Notes under the pieces: generated by a model | What the model saw: the letters and a program-made list of their open reading frames with translations, nothing else | Told to the model about the DNA's origin: nothing | Databases searched by the model: none | DNA from: Clostridia bacterium | GTDB lineage: Bacteria > Bacillota > Clostridia > Oscillospirales > CAG-272 | NCBI GenBank assembly: GCA_017450945.1 | Contig: JAFSSP010000020.1 | Location: forward strand, 32,954 to 96,953 | Length of the DNA: 64,000 nucleotides | Reading direction: 5' to 3' | In this document: one piece after another, positions 1 to 9,922 of the stretch | Layout: every line of letters starts with the position of its first letter | How positions within the stretch are numbered: the stretch's first letter is position 1 | Position numbers and translations under genes: made by a program

Positions 1-690
1 ATCGCAAACCGCCTCGTAGGTGTGATTGTACGGAAGCACCGAGAGTCCCCTGCCGTGGATCTGCGAGCATTTGAGGCCGTAGTAAATACCCGAGACGATG
101 TTGTGCTCGGTCAGCATCACGCCCTTTGCCACACCGGTCGTCCCCGAGGTGTAAACGAGGTATTTGAGCTCGTTTTCGTCCGAGGCGAGCGCATCGTAGG
201 CAGAATGATCCAGCGCCTTCCCCTCCTCAATGAGCTTTTTCATCGAGAGAAACTCGCCGTCATGCTCTTCCCTGCCAAACGAGACAAAGCATTCGACTCC
301 CGGCAGTTTTTCCCTGTGCTCGCGCAGTTTTGCTTCAAAGGCAGAAGAGCAAAAAACCACTCTGCTTTCGCTGTCGTTGATCAAAAACAGGATGTTTTCG
401 ATCGGAAGCTCCTTATCGATTGGCACAAAGACACCGGCACTCATCAGGGTGGTCACAAATGCCTGGATCCATGGATAGGAGTTCTCTCCCACGCAGGCGA
501 TATGCGTGTTCCCATAACCTCTTTGTTCCAGACTTGCACCGAGGTTCTCAAGGCTCTCATAAAAGGCGCGGACGGTCACTTTTTGCGTCAGACCGCCCTC
601 GTCAAATTCGTATGCGATCGCGTCCGGTCTTGCCACAACTGCAAGCGTCATCATCTGACGGATCGAAAAAATTTTCGGAATGGTTTTCAT
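1..690 (-). CDS. AMP-dependent acyl-CoA synthetase/ligase (long-chain fatty-acid--CoA ligase-like). N-terminal ~230 codons only; the 3' end lies beyond the window start.
   Basis: Absent from the ORF track because it runs off the window. Minus-strand translation from the ATG at 688-690 gives MKTIPKIFSIRQMM...KYLVYTSGTTGVAKGVMLTEHN, which carries the AMP-binding signature. The 22..921 + ORF is its antisense shadow. Confidence 0.8.
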   Translation of the reverse strand, partial: MKTIPKIFSIRQMMTLAVVARPDAIAYEFDEGGLTQKVTVRAFYESLENLGASLEQRGYGNTHIACVGENSYPWIQAFVTTLMSAGVFVPIDKELPIENILFLINDSESRVVFCSSAFEAKLREHREKLPGVECFVSFGREEHDGEFLSMKKLIEEGKALDHSAYDALASDENELKYLVYTSGTTGVAKGVMLTEHNIVSGIYYGLKCSQIHGRGLSVLPYNHTYEAVCD

Positions 691-794
691 ATGGATTCGT
701 TCCCTTCGGAAATTTGCCGGACTTTTCCGACAAGGGTATTTTATCAACCAAAAAAAGCAAATGCAACCTACTCCTCTCGCCCTTCCCTCTCCGG

Positions 795-841
795 CAAAAA
801 GAAAAGGTCTCTACCGACGGTAGAAATGGCCGGTAGAGACC
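795..841 (-). terminator. Rho-independent terminator after the glycosyltransferase gene
   Basis: 11-bp stem GGTCTCTACCG (806-816) pairs with CGGTAGAGACC (831-841), followed on the minus strand by TTTTCTTTTT. Confidence 0.6.
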
Positions 842-862
842 GAAAACTGCAAGGATATTTGA

Positions 863-1984
863 TTATTTTGCAAGATCATCAAGAAGGATGCTGCAAAGAT
901 CGTCGGCAGAGTGCTTGTTGATATACTGGTTTTGCGCTTCCAGCATCCGCTCGCGGGCGGCCGTGTCGCCAAGGAGATAGGAGGCCATTTTTACCGCCTC
1001 CTCGGTATCCCGGGCGCCGAGCGACATTCCGTGATAGCCGAAGAAATGGAGGTTATCGGTCTCGCATCCGGGGATCGGCGTGGTGTGTACGAGCGGGATC
1101 CCGTGGGCGGCCGCCTCGGTGGAGGAAAGCCCGCCGGGTTTGGTGAGCAGCAGATCGCAAGCGTCCATATAGAGCGGGACTTCATCGGTAAAATCGACCA
1201 CCACAACCCGCTTGTTGCCGGGGTACTTTTCTCTCAGCTCGTTTTTCATGCGGCTGTTGTTTCCTCCAAGCACCACAACGCCGAAGTTTGCCGGCGCGGT
1301 TTTGAGAAAGAGAGAGACGAGATCGCGCGTGCTTCCGTATCCCATACTGCCGGTCATGATCAGCGCATACTGAATGGTTTTGTGCAACCCGAGTTTTGCT
1401 TTTGCCTCTTCCTGCGGGGTTTTTGTCAAGAACTTGTGCGAGATTGGGATGCCTACGGGCGAGAGCTTTTTCTTTTGGATCCCGTGTTTCAAGAAAGAAT
1501 CGATCAGATGTTCGTGCGGGATGAAATAGCGATCCACCTCGGTCTCGTCAAAGTGCGGGCAAAAATCGTAATCTGTAGATACCAGATAGGTCGGGATCTT
1601 GTACTTGTATTGTCTCTTGACGGCGGTCATTACCTCTCCCGCAAACAGGTGTGTCATGATCACGGCATCGGGCTTTGTTTTTTCGAGATATTTGTGAAGC
1701 GACGGCGCGCAAATGCTATTGACGGTATAAATAAAGGATTTGCGGCGCAGTCCGAGCCCGGTTTCGCGCTCGGCCATTTTGTAGGTCGCGCCCATGGCCT
1801 TTGGAATGTTCAATGTCATTTTGATATAGGCTTTGCAGATCTCTTTGGAAAAGCGCTCGGAAGCAAAGGCCAAAGAGTCCTTGATTTCGGACTCGATCCC
1901 CCTGCGCTCAAGTTCTTCGGCAATCGCCCTTGCCGCCGAGTTGTGTCCCTCGCCGGTATTGCAGGATAAAATCAAGATCTTCAA
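863..1984 (-). CDS. GT28-family diacylglycerol glycosyltransferase (MGDG synthase / UgtP-like)
   Basis: N-terminus KILILSCNTGEGHNSAARAIAEEL and overall GT-B layout. I place the start at TTG 1982-1984 (RBS AAGGATGG 7 nt upstream), because the track start at 2050 falls inside a TTGCGC-17-TAGAAT promoter. Confidence 0.8.
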   Translation of the reverse strand: MKILILSCNTGEGHNSAARAIAEELERRGIESEIKDSLAFASERFSKEICKAYIKMTLNIPKAMGATYKMAERETGLGLRRKSFIYTVNSICAPSLHKYLEKTKPDAVIMTHLFAGEVMTAVKRQYKYKIPTYLVSTDYDFCPHFDETEVDRYFIPHEHLIDSFLKHGIQKKKLSPVGIPISHKFLTKTPQEEAKAKLGLHKTIQYALIMTGSMGYGSTRDLVSLFLKTAPANFGVVVLGGNNSRMKNELREKYPGNKRVVVVDFTDEVPLYMDACDLLLTKPGGLSSTEAAAHGIPLVHTTPIPGCETDNLHFFGYHGMSLGARDTEEAVKMASYLLGDTAARERMLEAQNQYINKHSADDLCSILLDDLAK

Positions 1985-2021
1985 GAAAACGCACCATCCT
2001 TTTTTGATTTTCCTTTCCCAT

Positions 2022-2050
2022 ATTCTACCACTGTTTTTCCGTTTGCGCAA
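2022..2050 (-). promoter_or_regulatory. Putative sigma-A promoter of the glycosyltransferase gene
   Basis: Minus strand reads TTGCGC (2050-2045), a 17-nt spacer, then TAGAAT (2027-2022). Confidence 0.45.
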
Positions 2051-2130
2051 GTCAAAAGCAGAAAAATTTCAAGTCGTTTTTCTCTTTTTCAGAAAAAGCG
2101 CAAAATTTTCGGAATCTTTTTCGTTTTCAC

Positions 2131-2159
2131 TTGAAAAATCCCGCAAACTTGTGTAGAAT
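2131..2159 (+). promoter_or_regulatory. Putative sigma-A promoter of pckG
   Basis: TTGAAA (2131-2136), 17-nt spacer, TAGAAT (2154-2159), with TG immediately upstream of the -10. Confidence 0.55.
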
Positions 2160-2197
2160 ATACTATGTATGTACCCTATAAAAAGGAGCAAATGAAC

Positions 2198-3982
2198 ATG
2201 ACACAAAATAAAGCTGTACTCAGTTGGATTGACGAAATGAAAGCCCTTGTCGAACCCAAAGACATCCTTTGGATCGATGGGAGTGAAAAGCAGGCAGACG
2301 CGCTTCGCAAGATCGCCTGCGCCTCGGGGGAACTCGAAGCACTCAATCCCGAAAAATTCCCGAACTGCTATCTCCACAGGACTGCCGTCAACGACGTGGC
2401 TCGCGTCGAGGGCCGCACCTTTATCTGCACCCGCAAAAAAGAGGATGCCGGCAACATCAACAACTGGATGGATCCCGTCGAGTGTTATGAAAAGCTCTCG
2501 AAACTCTACAAAGGCTCCTATCGCGGCAAGACCATGTACGTCATTCCCTACTCGATGGGTGTCGTTGGATCAAGCTTTTCCAAGATCGGCATTGAACTCA
2601 CCGACTCGATCTATGTCGTGCTCAATATGCTCATTATGACCCGCGTCGGTCCCGAAGTGCTGGAAGCGCTCGGCGACAATCCGGATTTTGTCAAGGGCCT
2701 GCACGCAACGGCAAACTGCGACGCGGAAAATCGTTACATCTGCCACTTCCCGGAGGACAACACCATCTGGTCGGTCAACTCGGCTTACGGCGGCAACGTC
2801 CTTCTTGGCAAAAAATGCTTTGCGCTCCGCATTGCTTCCTACCTCGGCCGCAAAGAGGGCTGGATGGCCGAGCACATGCTCATTCTCGGCATCGAGTTCC
2901 CGAACGGCGAGATCAAATACGTTTCTGCCGCATTCCCCTCGGCCTGCGGAAAGACCAATCTTGCCATGATGATCCCGCCCGAAGTCTACAAAAAGAAGGG
3001 CTACAAGGTCTGGACGGTCGGCGACGACATTGCTTGGATCCGCGTGGGCGAGGACGGCCGCCTCTGGGCTATGAACCCCGAAAACGGATTTTTCGGCGTG
3101 GCTCCCGGCACCAACGAGCACTCGAACTACAATGCCCTCATGACCACGAAAAAGAACTGCATCTTTACCAACGTGGGACACGACCTCTCGGACAACACGG
3201 TCTGGTGGGAAGGGCTCAATGACAATCCCCCGAAGAACGCCATCAACTGGAAAGGCGAGGTCTGGGATTACAAAAAGTACGACAAGGCCGACAAAATCAA
3301 CACCTCCTGCGCGCATCCCAATTCGCGCTTTACGGCCATGGCTTCCAACTGCCCCTGCCTCTCAAGCGAATTTGCCTCCCCCAAAGGAGTGCCGCTCTCG
3401 GCGATCATCTTCGGCGGCAGACGTGCAAAAACCGCTCCGCTCGTGTATGAATCGCGTTCCTGGCAGCACGGCGCATTCGTTGGTTCGATCATGGCTTCCG
3501 AAACAACCGCGGCGGCCGCAGGCGCGCTCGGCGTGGTGCGCAGAGATCCGATGGCCATGCGCCCCTTCGTCGGCTACGACATGGGCGACTACTGGCAGCA
3601 TTGGCTGGATATGGGCAAAAAGATCCCGAATCCTCCGAAGATCTTCCACGTCAACTGGTTCCGCACCGACGACGAGGGCCACTTCATCTGGCCGGGATTC
3701 GGTGACAACATGCGCGTGGTCCTCTGGATCCTCGCCCGCTGCGCCGGCAAGGTGGATGCGGTAGAGTCCCCGATCGGGTATCTGCCGAAGCCGGAAGACA
3801 TCAACATCGAAGGTCTTGACGGCGTGACGGTCGATACCATCAAGGAGCTTGTGACCATCGACCGCAAGAGCTGGCTCGAGGATGTGGAGAACATCAAAGA
3901 GTTCTACAAACAGGTCGGCGCAAGAGTTCCGAAAGAATTCTACACCGAGCTTGAAACGCTTGAGACAAATCTCAAAGCATAA
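2198..3982 (+). CDS. pckG: Phosphoenolpyruvate carboxykinase (GTP)
   Basis: About 600 aa with GTP-PEPCK hallmarks (FPSACGKTNLAMM, WIRVGEDGRLWA, NPENGFFGVAPGT). ATG 2198 lies 9 nt after GGAG (2185-2188). ATG 2192 is the alternative start. Confidence 0.93.
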   Translation: MTQNKAVLSWIDEMKALVEPKDILWIDGSEKQADALRKIACASGELEALNPEKFPNCYLHRTAVNDVARVEGRTFICTRKKEDAGNINNWMDPVECYEKLSKLYKGSYRGKTMYVIPYSMGVVGSSFSKIGIELTDSIYVVLNMLIMTRVGPEVLEALGDNPDFVKGLHATANCDAENRYICHFPEDNTIWSVNSAYGGNVLLGKKCFALRIASYLGRKEGWMAEHMLILGIEFPNGEIKYVSAAFPSACGKTNLAMMIPPEVYKKKGYKVWTVGDDIAWIRVGEDGRLWAMNPENGFFGVAPGTNEHSNYNALMTTKKNCIFTNVGHDLSDNTVWWEGLNDNPPKNAINWKGEVWDYKKYDKADKINTSCAHPNSRFTAMASNCPCLSSEFASPKGVPLSAIIFGGRRAKTAPLVYESRSWQHGAFVGSIMASETTAAAAGALGVVRRDPMAMRPFVGYDMGDYWQHWLDMGKKIPNPPKIFHVNWFRTDDEGHFIWPGFGDNMRVVLWILARCAGKVDAVESPIGYLPKPEDINIEGLDGVTVDTIKELVTIDRKSWLEDVENIKEFYKQVGARVPKEFYTELETLETNLKA

Positions 3983-3994
3983 CAACTAAAAAAC

Positions 3995-4030
3995 ACGGGA
4001 AAGACCGTTTGGTCTTTCCCGTATTTTTTT
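3995..4030. terminator. Bidirectional rho-independent terminator (pckG and the convergent ABC gene)
   Basis: ACGGGAAAGACC-gttt-GGTCTTTCCCGT followed by T7 on the plus strand and preceded by an A-run that serves the minus strand. Confidence 0.75.
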
Positions 4031-7000
4031 ATTCGCTTCTGAGCGCCGCGACCGGATCGCTCTTTGCCGCGCTCCTCGAAGGAATAAGCCCTCCGATGAG
4101 CGTCAGAACGATGCTGAGCAGAATCAAAAGCAGTGCCGCCGGAACCGGAATGAATCCGTTGAGATCCGGCTGTCCGGACAAATGATGGATCAACATGTTC
4201 ACCGGGATCAACAAGAGCCCCGCAATGGTGATTCCAAGCACGCCGGAAAGTGCGCCGATGATAAAGGTTTCGGCATTGAAAACCGACGCCACATTGTGTT
4301 TGGAAGCGCCGATCGCACGCAAAATGCCGATCTCTTTTCTGCGTTCCAGCACGCTGATATAGGTAATGACGCCGATCATGATCGAGGAAACGACCAGAGA
4401 GACCGAAACAAATGCAATCAAAATATAGCTGACCGCGTTGATGATATCGGTGATCGAGTTCATCATGGTTCCGACCAGATCGGTATAGTGAATCACCTTT
4501 TCCTCATGGCGTTCTGCGCGCACGCTCGCGTTGTAGGAATCAATGATCGCAAGCAGTTCCGCTTTGGCGTCAAAGCTTTTCGGATAAATGATGATTTCGT
4601 CAGGCTGCGAAAGATCCGCATACCCGAGTTTTTCCAGAACGCTCTCATAGCTGGAGATCTCGCCCGACATGAGCGACGAGATGATGCTGCGCAATTCGGC
4701 ATCCTCCATATTGACCTGAATGGCGCTCGCAAAGGCTTCCGCATCGATCGAGAAGGCTGCCGGGATCTTCTCGCCAAGAGAGCCCATAGCGTCGGTCATC
4801 ATCCCGATGATCCGGTTCCGGATCTCGTCCATGACGATGCCCATCACCGAAGAAAGACTCTCTTCCAGCGATCCCGAATACTCTTGCAAAATCTCGGAGA
4901 CCCGATCCTCCAGACCGCTCGTATCGAGCATTTTGAGAATCCGGCTGTAAATCAGCCCTCTTCCCTTCTCGGACTCTAAGAAGGAGGAGAAGGATTTGGA
5001 AAGTCGGGACGGCCGCGGAAGGTTTTCTTTTTTTGCGTAGGACTCATATCCGTCCAGCATTTTGCCAAAGAGCTGCGAGATCTGGGCTTTGCTGATCATG
5101 CGGGGCGTAAGCTCCGCGCGAAGCGATTCGATCTCCTCTTTCAGCAGTTCCTGCGCCTCTTCGGTTGCAAGATACGGCGGGATAAATTTTATCAGATATT
5201 TTGCCACATCCGAAAGTCCCGCATCCCCTGCATGATATCGGTCGATCAACTCATCCAGATCCGGTGCGTCCGTGATGATAAGATACTCCGAAAACTGCGA
5301 CATAACGCGGTCGGTCACCTGCTCCATGCGCTCTTTTGTAATGAGCTTGGGGCTGTTCTCTTCAAGGATCTTCCGGACGTTTTCGGCAAACAGTTCCTTT
5401 GCCTCATCCGACCGGAAATAGGTTCGCATCGCCTCGGGAAGGCGCGCATAATCGGTGGCAGGATCATTGGAAATATACTCGTAATAAGCCGTCAGGACAT
5501 CCAAGAACAGCTGTTCCAGCTCCTCGGCCGAAAGGTTAATTTTGACAGCGCTCAGCAAATAAAGCAAATCGTCCGTTGAGAGCTCGGGGAGGGAAAAAGA
5601 AAGTTCGTTCGGGTCGATGAGTTCCGAGAGATCAAGCTCGGATTCTTCTGCCTCCGGGAATTCAAACTCGAGCACGCTCTCGTCAAAGCTGAATGCGTTT
5701 TTGATGGCGTCCTCGTCGATTGAAAAGAGAGACGCAAGGCGTGAGAAGACGCTGGCATCCTCTCCCTCGGCATCTTCAAAGGGGTTTCCGGTCAACACGT
5801 TGACCGTAGGATCCGCGATCTGCGCTTTTACCGGCTCGCTCTCGGCGGCCTCTGCAATGACGTGCGAAACCAAGGAAGGCAGATAGTTAATCCCTACATT
5901 GAGCATGGTTGCCGTCGCGTCCGCCTTGGGCCTGACGACGCCTACAATTTTCAATTCTTCCCCGTTTTCCGCAACCCGTTTGACAAAGGCTTCGTCTTCC
6001 GAGCGGTCGGTCCAAATGGTGTGCGCTTCGTCATAGGTAAAAAGATCGGCGCGATTGACAAGCCGGAATTTGATTTCGAGAAAATCCTCATAAGTAAACG
6101 AGGCCTTCGGTTCATTCAGTTCCACCTTGACTCCGGCAAGAAAATCTTCGATAATCTTCTCAAGATCGCCGTAATCTTTGAGTCCCATCGTGTAAAGGGT
6201 ATAATCGCCAACCCTTCCGTCCGGGTTCAGCACCAGAACCAGCTCGTTATACTCTTTTGGCCATCTGCCCGCTTTGAGGTCGTACTGTTCCTCGTACAGG
6301 GTAGGCTCGTTTGGCATCAGTGTGAACGCATCGAACGAGCTGTAAGAGTAGGAAAACAGGGACGTATCGAATCCAAGCGCCGAGAAAACCTTGCTCGGAT
6401 TCACCTGAACCGCCCTGCCGTGCTGCTCCAAAAAGATGAGCGGCGTCACGCTGTATTTGTATTCTACCGAACGGACAAATTTTCCAATTTCCTCGTTGTG
6501 TTCCTCAAGGTATTCCTTGAAAGAGCCGAGGTCGTTTGATTCGGCGGTGGAAAAAATTCCTTTGAGACGCTGCGCTTCGGTCACCAGCTCTTCCGTTTCT
6601 GCCGGATTCTCTTTCTGATTTTCGGAAGAGGAATCGGACGTATTCTGATTTTGCGTGAGAAGAAAGCTCAAATCAACCGTTCTTTTTTGAAGAGTGATCG
6701 GATACTCGCTGAGCGTTTCCACCTGTATTTTTTCGATATAGGCGTTGGTACCCGATGAGAGTGCAAGGATGAGCGCGATCCCGATGATGCCGATCGACCC
6801 CGCAAAGGAGACCAGGATCGTCCGGCTGAGCTTGGTTTTGAGGTTCATAAAGCTAAGGCCGAGCGCGGTAAAGAAGGACATAGATGCCTTGCCGAGCCTT
6901 TTTTTGTCGTTGACCGAAGTCTTTTTCGGGAAAAACGGACGGGAATCGTTTGTAATTTTGCCGTCGCGCAGTTCCACGATGCGGTTTGCATAAGCCCTTG

Positions 7001-7607
7001 CGAGCTCCGGGTTGTGCGTTACCATGACCACAAGGCGGTCTTTTGCCACTTCCTTGAGCAGTTCCATGACCTGAAGGCTTGTCTCGCTGTCAAGCGCGCC
7101 GGTCGGTTCGTCGGCAAGAAGAACGGTCGGCTCGTTGATCAGGGCGCGCGCAATGGCCACTCTCTGCATTTGTCCGCCCGAAAGCTGGCTCGGGAGCTTA
7201 TTGATATGATCGCCCAGCCCCACGCGTTCCAGCGCCTCTTTTGCGCGGCGCGTGCGTTCCTTTTTGGAGATTCCCGCAATGGTCAAAGCAAGCTCTACGT
7301 TGGCAAGGATCGACTGGTGCGGGATCAGGTTATAGCTTTGAAAAATAAAGCCAACCGAATGATTTCGATACGCGTCCCAATCTCTGTCATTGTATTCCTT
7401 TGTGGAAGTCCCGTTGATGACAAGATCTCCGGAGTCGTAACGGTCCAGTCCGCCGATCAGATTGAGCAAGGTCGTTTTGCCCGATCCGCTGGGGCCGAGA
7501 ATGGCAACAAATTCACTATCTCGAAGATTCAGATCGATATGATCCAAAGCCATCTGCGAATAGCTGCCTGTATGATATTCTTTGCAAATACCTTTGATTT
7601 GAAGCAT
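4029..7607 (-). CDS. Fused ABC ATPase / MacB-FtsX-type permease with a very large extracytoplasmic domain (1,192 aa)
   Basis: N-terminal Walker [18 protein letters not shown] and Walker [12 protein letters not shown]; C-terminal FtsX-type membrane domain ([16 protein letters not shown]...). Start is ATG 7605-7607 with RBS GGAGAAG. Confidence 0.85.
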   Translation of the reverse strand: MLQIKGICKEYHTGSYSQMALDHIDLNLRDSEFVAILGPSGSGKTTLLNLIGGLDRYDSGDLVINGTSTKEYNDRDWDAYRNHSVGFIFQSYNLIPHQSILANVELALTIAGISKKERTRRAKEALERVGLGDHINKLPSQLSGGQMQRVAIARALINEPTVLLADEPTGALDSETSLQVMELLKEVAKDRLVVMVTHNPELARAYANRIVELRDGKITNDSRPFFPKKTSVNDKKRLGKASMSFFTALGLSFMNLKTKLSRTILVSFAGSIGIIGIALILALSSGTNAYIEKIQVETLSEYPITLQKRTVDLSFLLTQNQNTSDSSSENQKENPAETEELVTEAQRLKGIFSTAESNDLGSFKEYLEEHNEEIGKFVRSVEYKYSVTPLIFLEQHGRAVQVNPSKVFSALGFDTSLFSYSYSSFDAFTLMPNEPTLYEEQYDLKAGRWPKEYNELVLVLNPDGRVGDYTLYTMGLKDYGDLEKIIEDFLAGVKVELNEPKASFTYEDFLEIKFRLVNRADLFTYDEAHTIWTDRSEDEAFVKRVAENGEELKIVGVVRPKADATATMLNVGINYLPSLVSHVIAEAAESEPVKAQIADPTVNVLTGNPFEDAEGEDASVFSRLASLFSIDEDAIKNAFSFDESVLEFEFPEAEESELDLSELIDPNELSFSLPELSTDDLLYLLSAVKINLSAEELEQLFLDVLTAYYEYISNDPATDYARLPEAMRTYFRSDEAKELFAENVRKILEENSPKLITKERMEQVTDRVMSQFSEYLIITDAPDLDELIDRYHAGDAGLSDVAKYLIKFIPPYLATEEAQELLKEEIESLRAELTPRMISKAQISQLFGKMLDGYESYAKKENLPRPSRLSKSFSSFLESEKGRGLIYSRILKMLDTSGLEDRVSEILQEYSGSLEESLSSVMGIVMDEIRNRIIGMMTDAMGSLGEKIPAAFSIDAEAFASAIQVNMEDAELRSIISSLMSGEISSYESVLEKLGYADLSQPDEIIIYPKSFDAKAELLAIIDSYNASVRAERHEEKVIHYTDLVGTMMNSITDIINAVSYILIAFVSVSLVVSSIMIGVITYISVLERRKEIGILRAIGASKHNVASVFNAETFIIGALSGVLGITIAGLLLIPVNMLIHHLSGQPDLNGFIPVPAALLLILLSIVLTLIGGLIPSRSAAKSDPVAALRSE

Positions 7608-7696
7608 TCTTCTTCTCCTTTCCATGCAAGATCGGGGCCATGGGTACATTGTAACGCAAATCCGATCAAAAAACAAGATTCAACTTGCCGCGTTTT

Positions 7697-7736
7697 TGAA
7701 AAAGCAAACAGGGACCGAAAAAAACAAGTCCCTGTT
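7697..7736 (-). terminator. Rho-independent terminator after the nucleotidyltransferase gene
   Basis: Stem AAACAGGGAC (7706-7715) pairs with GTCCCTGTT (7728-7736); the minus strand then reads TGCTTTTTC. Confidence 0.55.
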
Positions 7737-7790
7737 CGTTCTCAAATCGATTCTCGTTTTTCAAAAGGGATATGCGCGGTTTTCTGACGT

Positions 7791-8678
7791 TCAGAAGAGC
7801 ATTTCGGGATAAGTCCCGTTTTTGTGGAGCGCTTTCAGTTCCTCAATGACGATATCGCGGTCTTCCTTGTAGGTAAGTCCAAACCATTTGTCGTGCGAGG
7901 GCTCGGCTTTCACGGTAATCGTTTTGTTCGCAAGAAAATCGCCGACCATGACCGGAAGCAGGCATTCTTTTTTGATGTCTTCCGGATTCAGTGCACGAAG
8001 GAAATCTTCAAAATAGGTGTTCATGACCTGGAGCAGATCCGGGTGGAAGCCCCAGATGTTCATGGAAACCTGTTCTTTGTCGGAAAGTTCATTCTCTCCC
8101 GCAAAGACCTTGCGGCCCTCGCCAAAGTGGATATCGCTCGTCTCACAGATCGACTGAAGCTTTCCACCCTGCACCTTGCAGACGCCGCGGGTGACAGAGC
8201 CGTTTTCGCTCATCGTGTTGCCGAGGATGTAAGGCACCATGCCGGCGTCGCTCTTATCTTTGAAAGAGTTGAGCATTTTGTACATGATGGCAAAGGCTTC
8301 TCTGCCGTAGTAGTCGTCGGCGTTGATGGTTGCAAACGGGCCTTCGATGAGATCCTTTGCGGCAAGCACAGCATGAACGGTGCCAAAGGGTTTGACCCGG
8401 TCGACGGGAACTTTGTACCAAGCAGGCAGAGAATCATAGTCCTGCACGGCATAGGCGACCTTCACACGCTTTGCGATCCGGTCTCCGATGGTGGTTTTAA
8501 CTTCGTCAACCATCTCTTTTTTGAGGATGAAGACCACCTGCGTAAAGCCTTCGGCAAGCGCGTCGTAAATGGCGTATTCCATGAGAATTTCTCCATGAGG
8601 GCCGACGTGAGAAATTTGTTTATTGCCTCCAAAACGACTGCCGAGTCCGGCCGCCATGACAACGAGCGTTGTTTCCAT
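7791..8678 (-). CDS. Sugar-phosphate nucleotidyltransferase family protein
   Basis: N-terminal METTLVVMAAGLGSRFGGNKQ matches the nucleotidyltransferase G-x-G-x-R loop. The substrate cannot be inferred from sequence. Confidence 0.75.
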   Translation of the reverse strand: METTLVVMAAGLGSRFGGNKQISHVGPHGEILMEYAIYDALAEGFTQVVFILKKEMVDEVKTTIGDRIAKRVKVAYAVQDYDSLPAWYKVPVDRVKPFGTVHAVLAAKDLIEGPFATINADDYYGREAFAIMYKMLNSFKDKSDAGMVPYILGNTMSENGSVTRGVCKVQGGKLQSICETSDIHFGEGRKVFAGENELSDKEQVSMNIWGFHPDLLQVMNTYFEDFLRALNPEDIKKECLLPVMVGDFLANKTITVKAEPSHDKWFGLTYKEDRDIVIEELKALHKNGTYPEMLF

Positions 8679-8729
8679 AGTCCAAAAAACCTTCCTGAAT
8701 CATTTTTGGGAAAATCCCTTTATAAATCT

Positions 8730-8758
8730 ATTTTATCACACCGAAAGGAAAAAGTCAA
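8730..8758 (-). promoter_or_regulatory. Putative sigma-A promoter of the nucleotidyltransferase gene
   Basis: Minus strand reads TTGACT (8758-8753), 17-nt spacer, TAAAAT (8735-8730). Confidence 0.5.
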
Positions 8759-8765
8759 TATCACA

Positions 8766-8798
8766 AGAAAAAAGTACCCCCAAAATATGAGGGTACTT
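8766..8798 (-). terminator. Rho-independent terminator after rpsI
   Basis: Stem AGTACCCCC (8773-8781) pairs with GAGGGTACT (8789-8797); a T-run follows on the minus strand. Confidence 0.6.
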
Positions 8799-8810
8799 TT
8801 GATTTGCAAC

Positions 8811-9212
8811 TTATCTCTTGGAGAACTGAGGAGCACGACGAGCTGCTTTGAGTCCGTACTTTTTGCGTTCCTTCATACGAGGATCGCGGGTAAGGAGTCC
8901 TGCAGCCTTGAGGGCGGGCTTGAGTTCTGCGTCGGATGCGACAAGCGCACGAGCGAGGCCATGGCGGATAGCTCCAGCCTGGCCGGAGATGCCGCCGCCA
9001 TTGACGAGAGCGATGATGTCATATTTGCCTTCGGTTCCGGTCACCGAAAAAGGCTGGTTGACGATGAGCTTGAGGGTCTCAAGACCGAAGTAATCGTCAA
9101 CGTCGCGCTTGTTGATGGTAATTTTGCCGGTTCCGGGAACGATGCGAACGCGAGCCACCGACTTTTTACGTCTGCCGGTGCCGTAGAAATAAGGTTTTGC
9201 GCTGGTATACAT
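8811..9212 (-). CDS. rpsI: 30S ribosomal protein S9
   Basis: [16 protein letters not shown]...[19 protein letters not shown]...APQFSKR is the canonical S9 sequence. Confidence 0.97.
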   Translation of the reverse strand: MYTSAKPYFYGTGRRKKSVARVRIVPGTGKITINKRDVDDYFGLETLKLIVNQPFSVTGTEGKYDIIALVNGGGISGQAGAIRHGLARALVASDAELKPALKAAGLLTRDPRMKERKKYGLKAARRAPQFSKR

Positions 9213-9233
9213 GTTTTGTCTCCTCCCTTTCTA

Positions 9234-9662
9234 TCAGATCTCGTAAGCCTCGGGCTTTTGCGCCTCGTGCTTATGAGCCTCGCCTGCATAGACCTTCAGG
9301 CGGCGGAATGCGGCGTCCCCGAGCTGGTTCTTGGGAAGCATTCCTTTGACGGCGAGCTCCATCGCTCTCTCGGGTTTGGTTGCCATCATGGTCTTTGCCT
9401 GCACGGCTTTGAGACCGCCGATGTAGCCGGAGTGACGATAGTAGTACTTCTGCTCCATCTTCTTACCGGTCAGCACTGCCTTGTCGGCGTTGACGATGAT
9501 AACGAAGTTACCGCAATCAACGTGGGGAGTGAACTCGGGTTCGTTTTTGCCGCGAAGCAGATCGGCAGCCGCAACGGCGGTTTTGCCCATCGGCTTATTG
9601 GCGGCGTCCAGGACGTACCATTTGCGTACGACCGCTTCTTTTTTTTGCATAAAAGTGGACAT
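9234..9662 (-). CDS. rplM: 50S ribosomal protein L13
   Basis: KWYVLDAANKPMGK...YYRHSGYIGGLK is canonical L13. ATG 9660-9662 lies 8 nt after GGAGG. Confidence 0.97.
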   Translation of the reverse strand: MSTFMQKKEAVVRKWYVLDAANKPMGKTAVAAADLLRGKNEPEFTPHVDCGNFVIIVNADKAVLTGKKMEQKYYYRHSGYIGGLKAVQAKTMMATKPERAMELAVKGMLPKNQLGDAAFRRLKVYAGEAHKHEAQKPEAYEI

Positions 9663-9724
9663 TTTCATTTCCTCCAAAAATTTTGCGTACCGCAGACAGA
9701 GCGGCACAATTCTCATGCTCGCCT

Positions 9725-9753
9725 ATTATAGCATAGAGGAAAAGCCTTGTCAA
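9725..9753 (-). promoter_or_regulatory. Consensus sigma-A promoter of rplM-rpsI
   Basis: Minus strand reads TTGACA (9753-9748), 17-nt spacer, TATAAT (9730-9725). Both hexamers match the consensus perfectly. Confidence 0.7.
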
Positions 9754-9869
9754 GCCCTTTTTTGAAAAATTTTTGATTATTTTAGTTTAGAATATCACTA
9801 TCTCTCGTTTTCTCTCGTTTTTGCCACTTTTCCTCGTTTTTTCTAATCTGCAAAATCACTTTTTTGAAA

Positions 9870-9911
9870 GAAAAAATGCAGGCGACTTATAAAAGCAGTC
9901 GCGCCTGCATT
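9870..9911 (-). terminator. Rho-independent terminator after nrdR
   Basis: Stem ATGCAGGCG..AC pairs with GT.CGCGCCTGCAT (9876-9910); T6 follows on the minus strand. Confidence 0.6.
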
Positions 9912-9922
9912 TCTCTTCTTTT

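Noticed and set aside
2165-2197. The upstream ATG codons of the pckG ORF (2165 and 2192), and likewise the long N-terminal extensions offered by the ORF track for ftsZ, murG, murF, the PBP, mraZ, sigG, rplM, nrdR, the AGCS gene, MBOAT and the ABC genes.
   Set aside because: In each case an internal start has a properly spaced GGAGG-type RBS and restores the canonical family N-terminus. The extensions cover promoters, upstream gene ends or intergenic DNA.
9663-9724. A possible ribosomal-protein leader structure upstream of rplM, with the hairpin GCCGC-tctgtct-GCGGT.
   Set aside because: The leader is only about 55 nt, with a single 5-bp stem that includes a wobble pair. I cannot match it to a known L13 leader from memory, so the evidence is too weak to call.
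7824-9731. A 635-aa plus-strand ORF running antisense through the nucleotidyltransferase gene, rpsI, rplM and the gaps between them. Similar giants are 15963..17732 (antisense to groEL), 19834..21708 (glmS), 25098..26813 (ftsQ/murG), 32344..34797 (murE/PBP, 817 aa), 41227..42675, 22..921 and 11383..12462.
   Set aside because: For each one I checked (7824, 15963, 19834, 32344, 22), the antisense ORF is codon-aligned with the real gene: triplet boundaries share the same coordinate modulo 3. A stop in that frame requires a sense TTA, CTA or TCA codon, and this genome evidently avoids those codons. The translated products are low-complexity Arg/Gly/Asp/His-rich strings with no RBS. The opposite-strand genes are unambiguous (GroEL, GlmS, ribosomal proteins). 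These are shadow ORFs, not overlapping genes.
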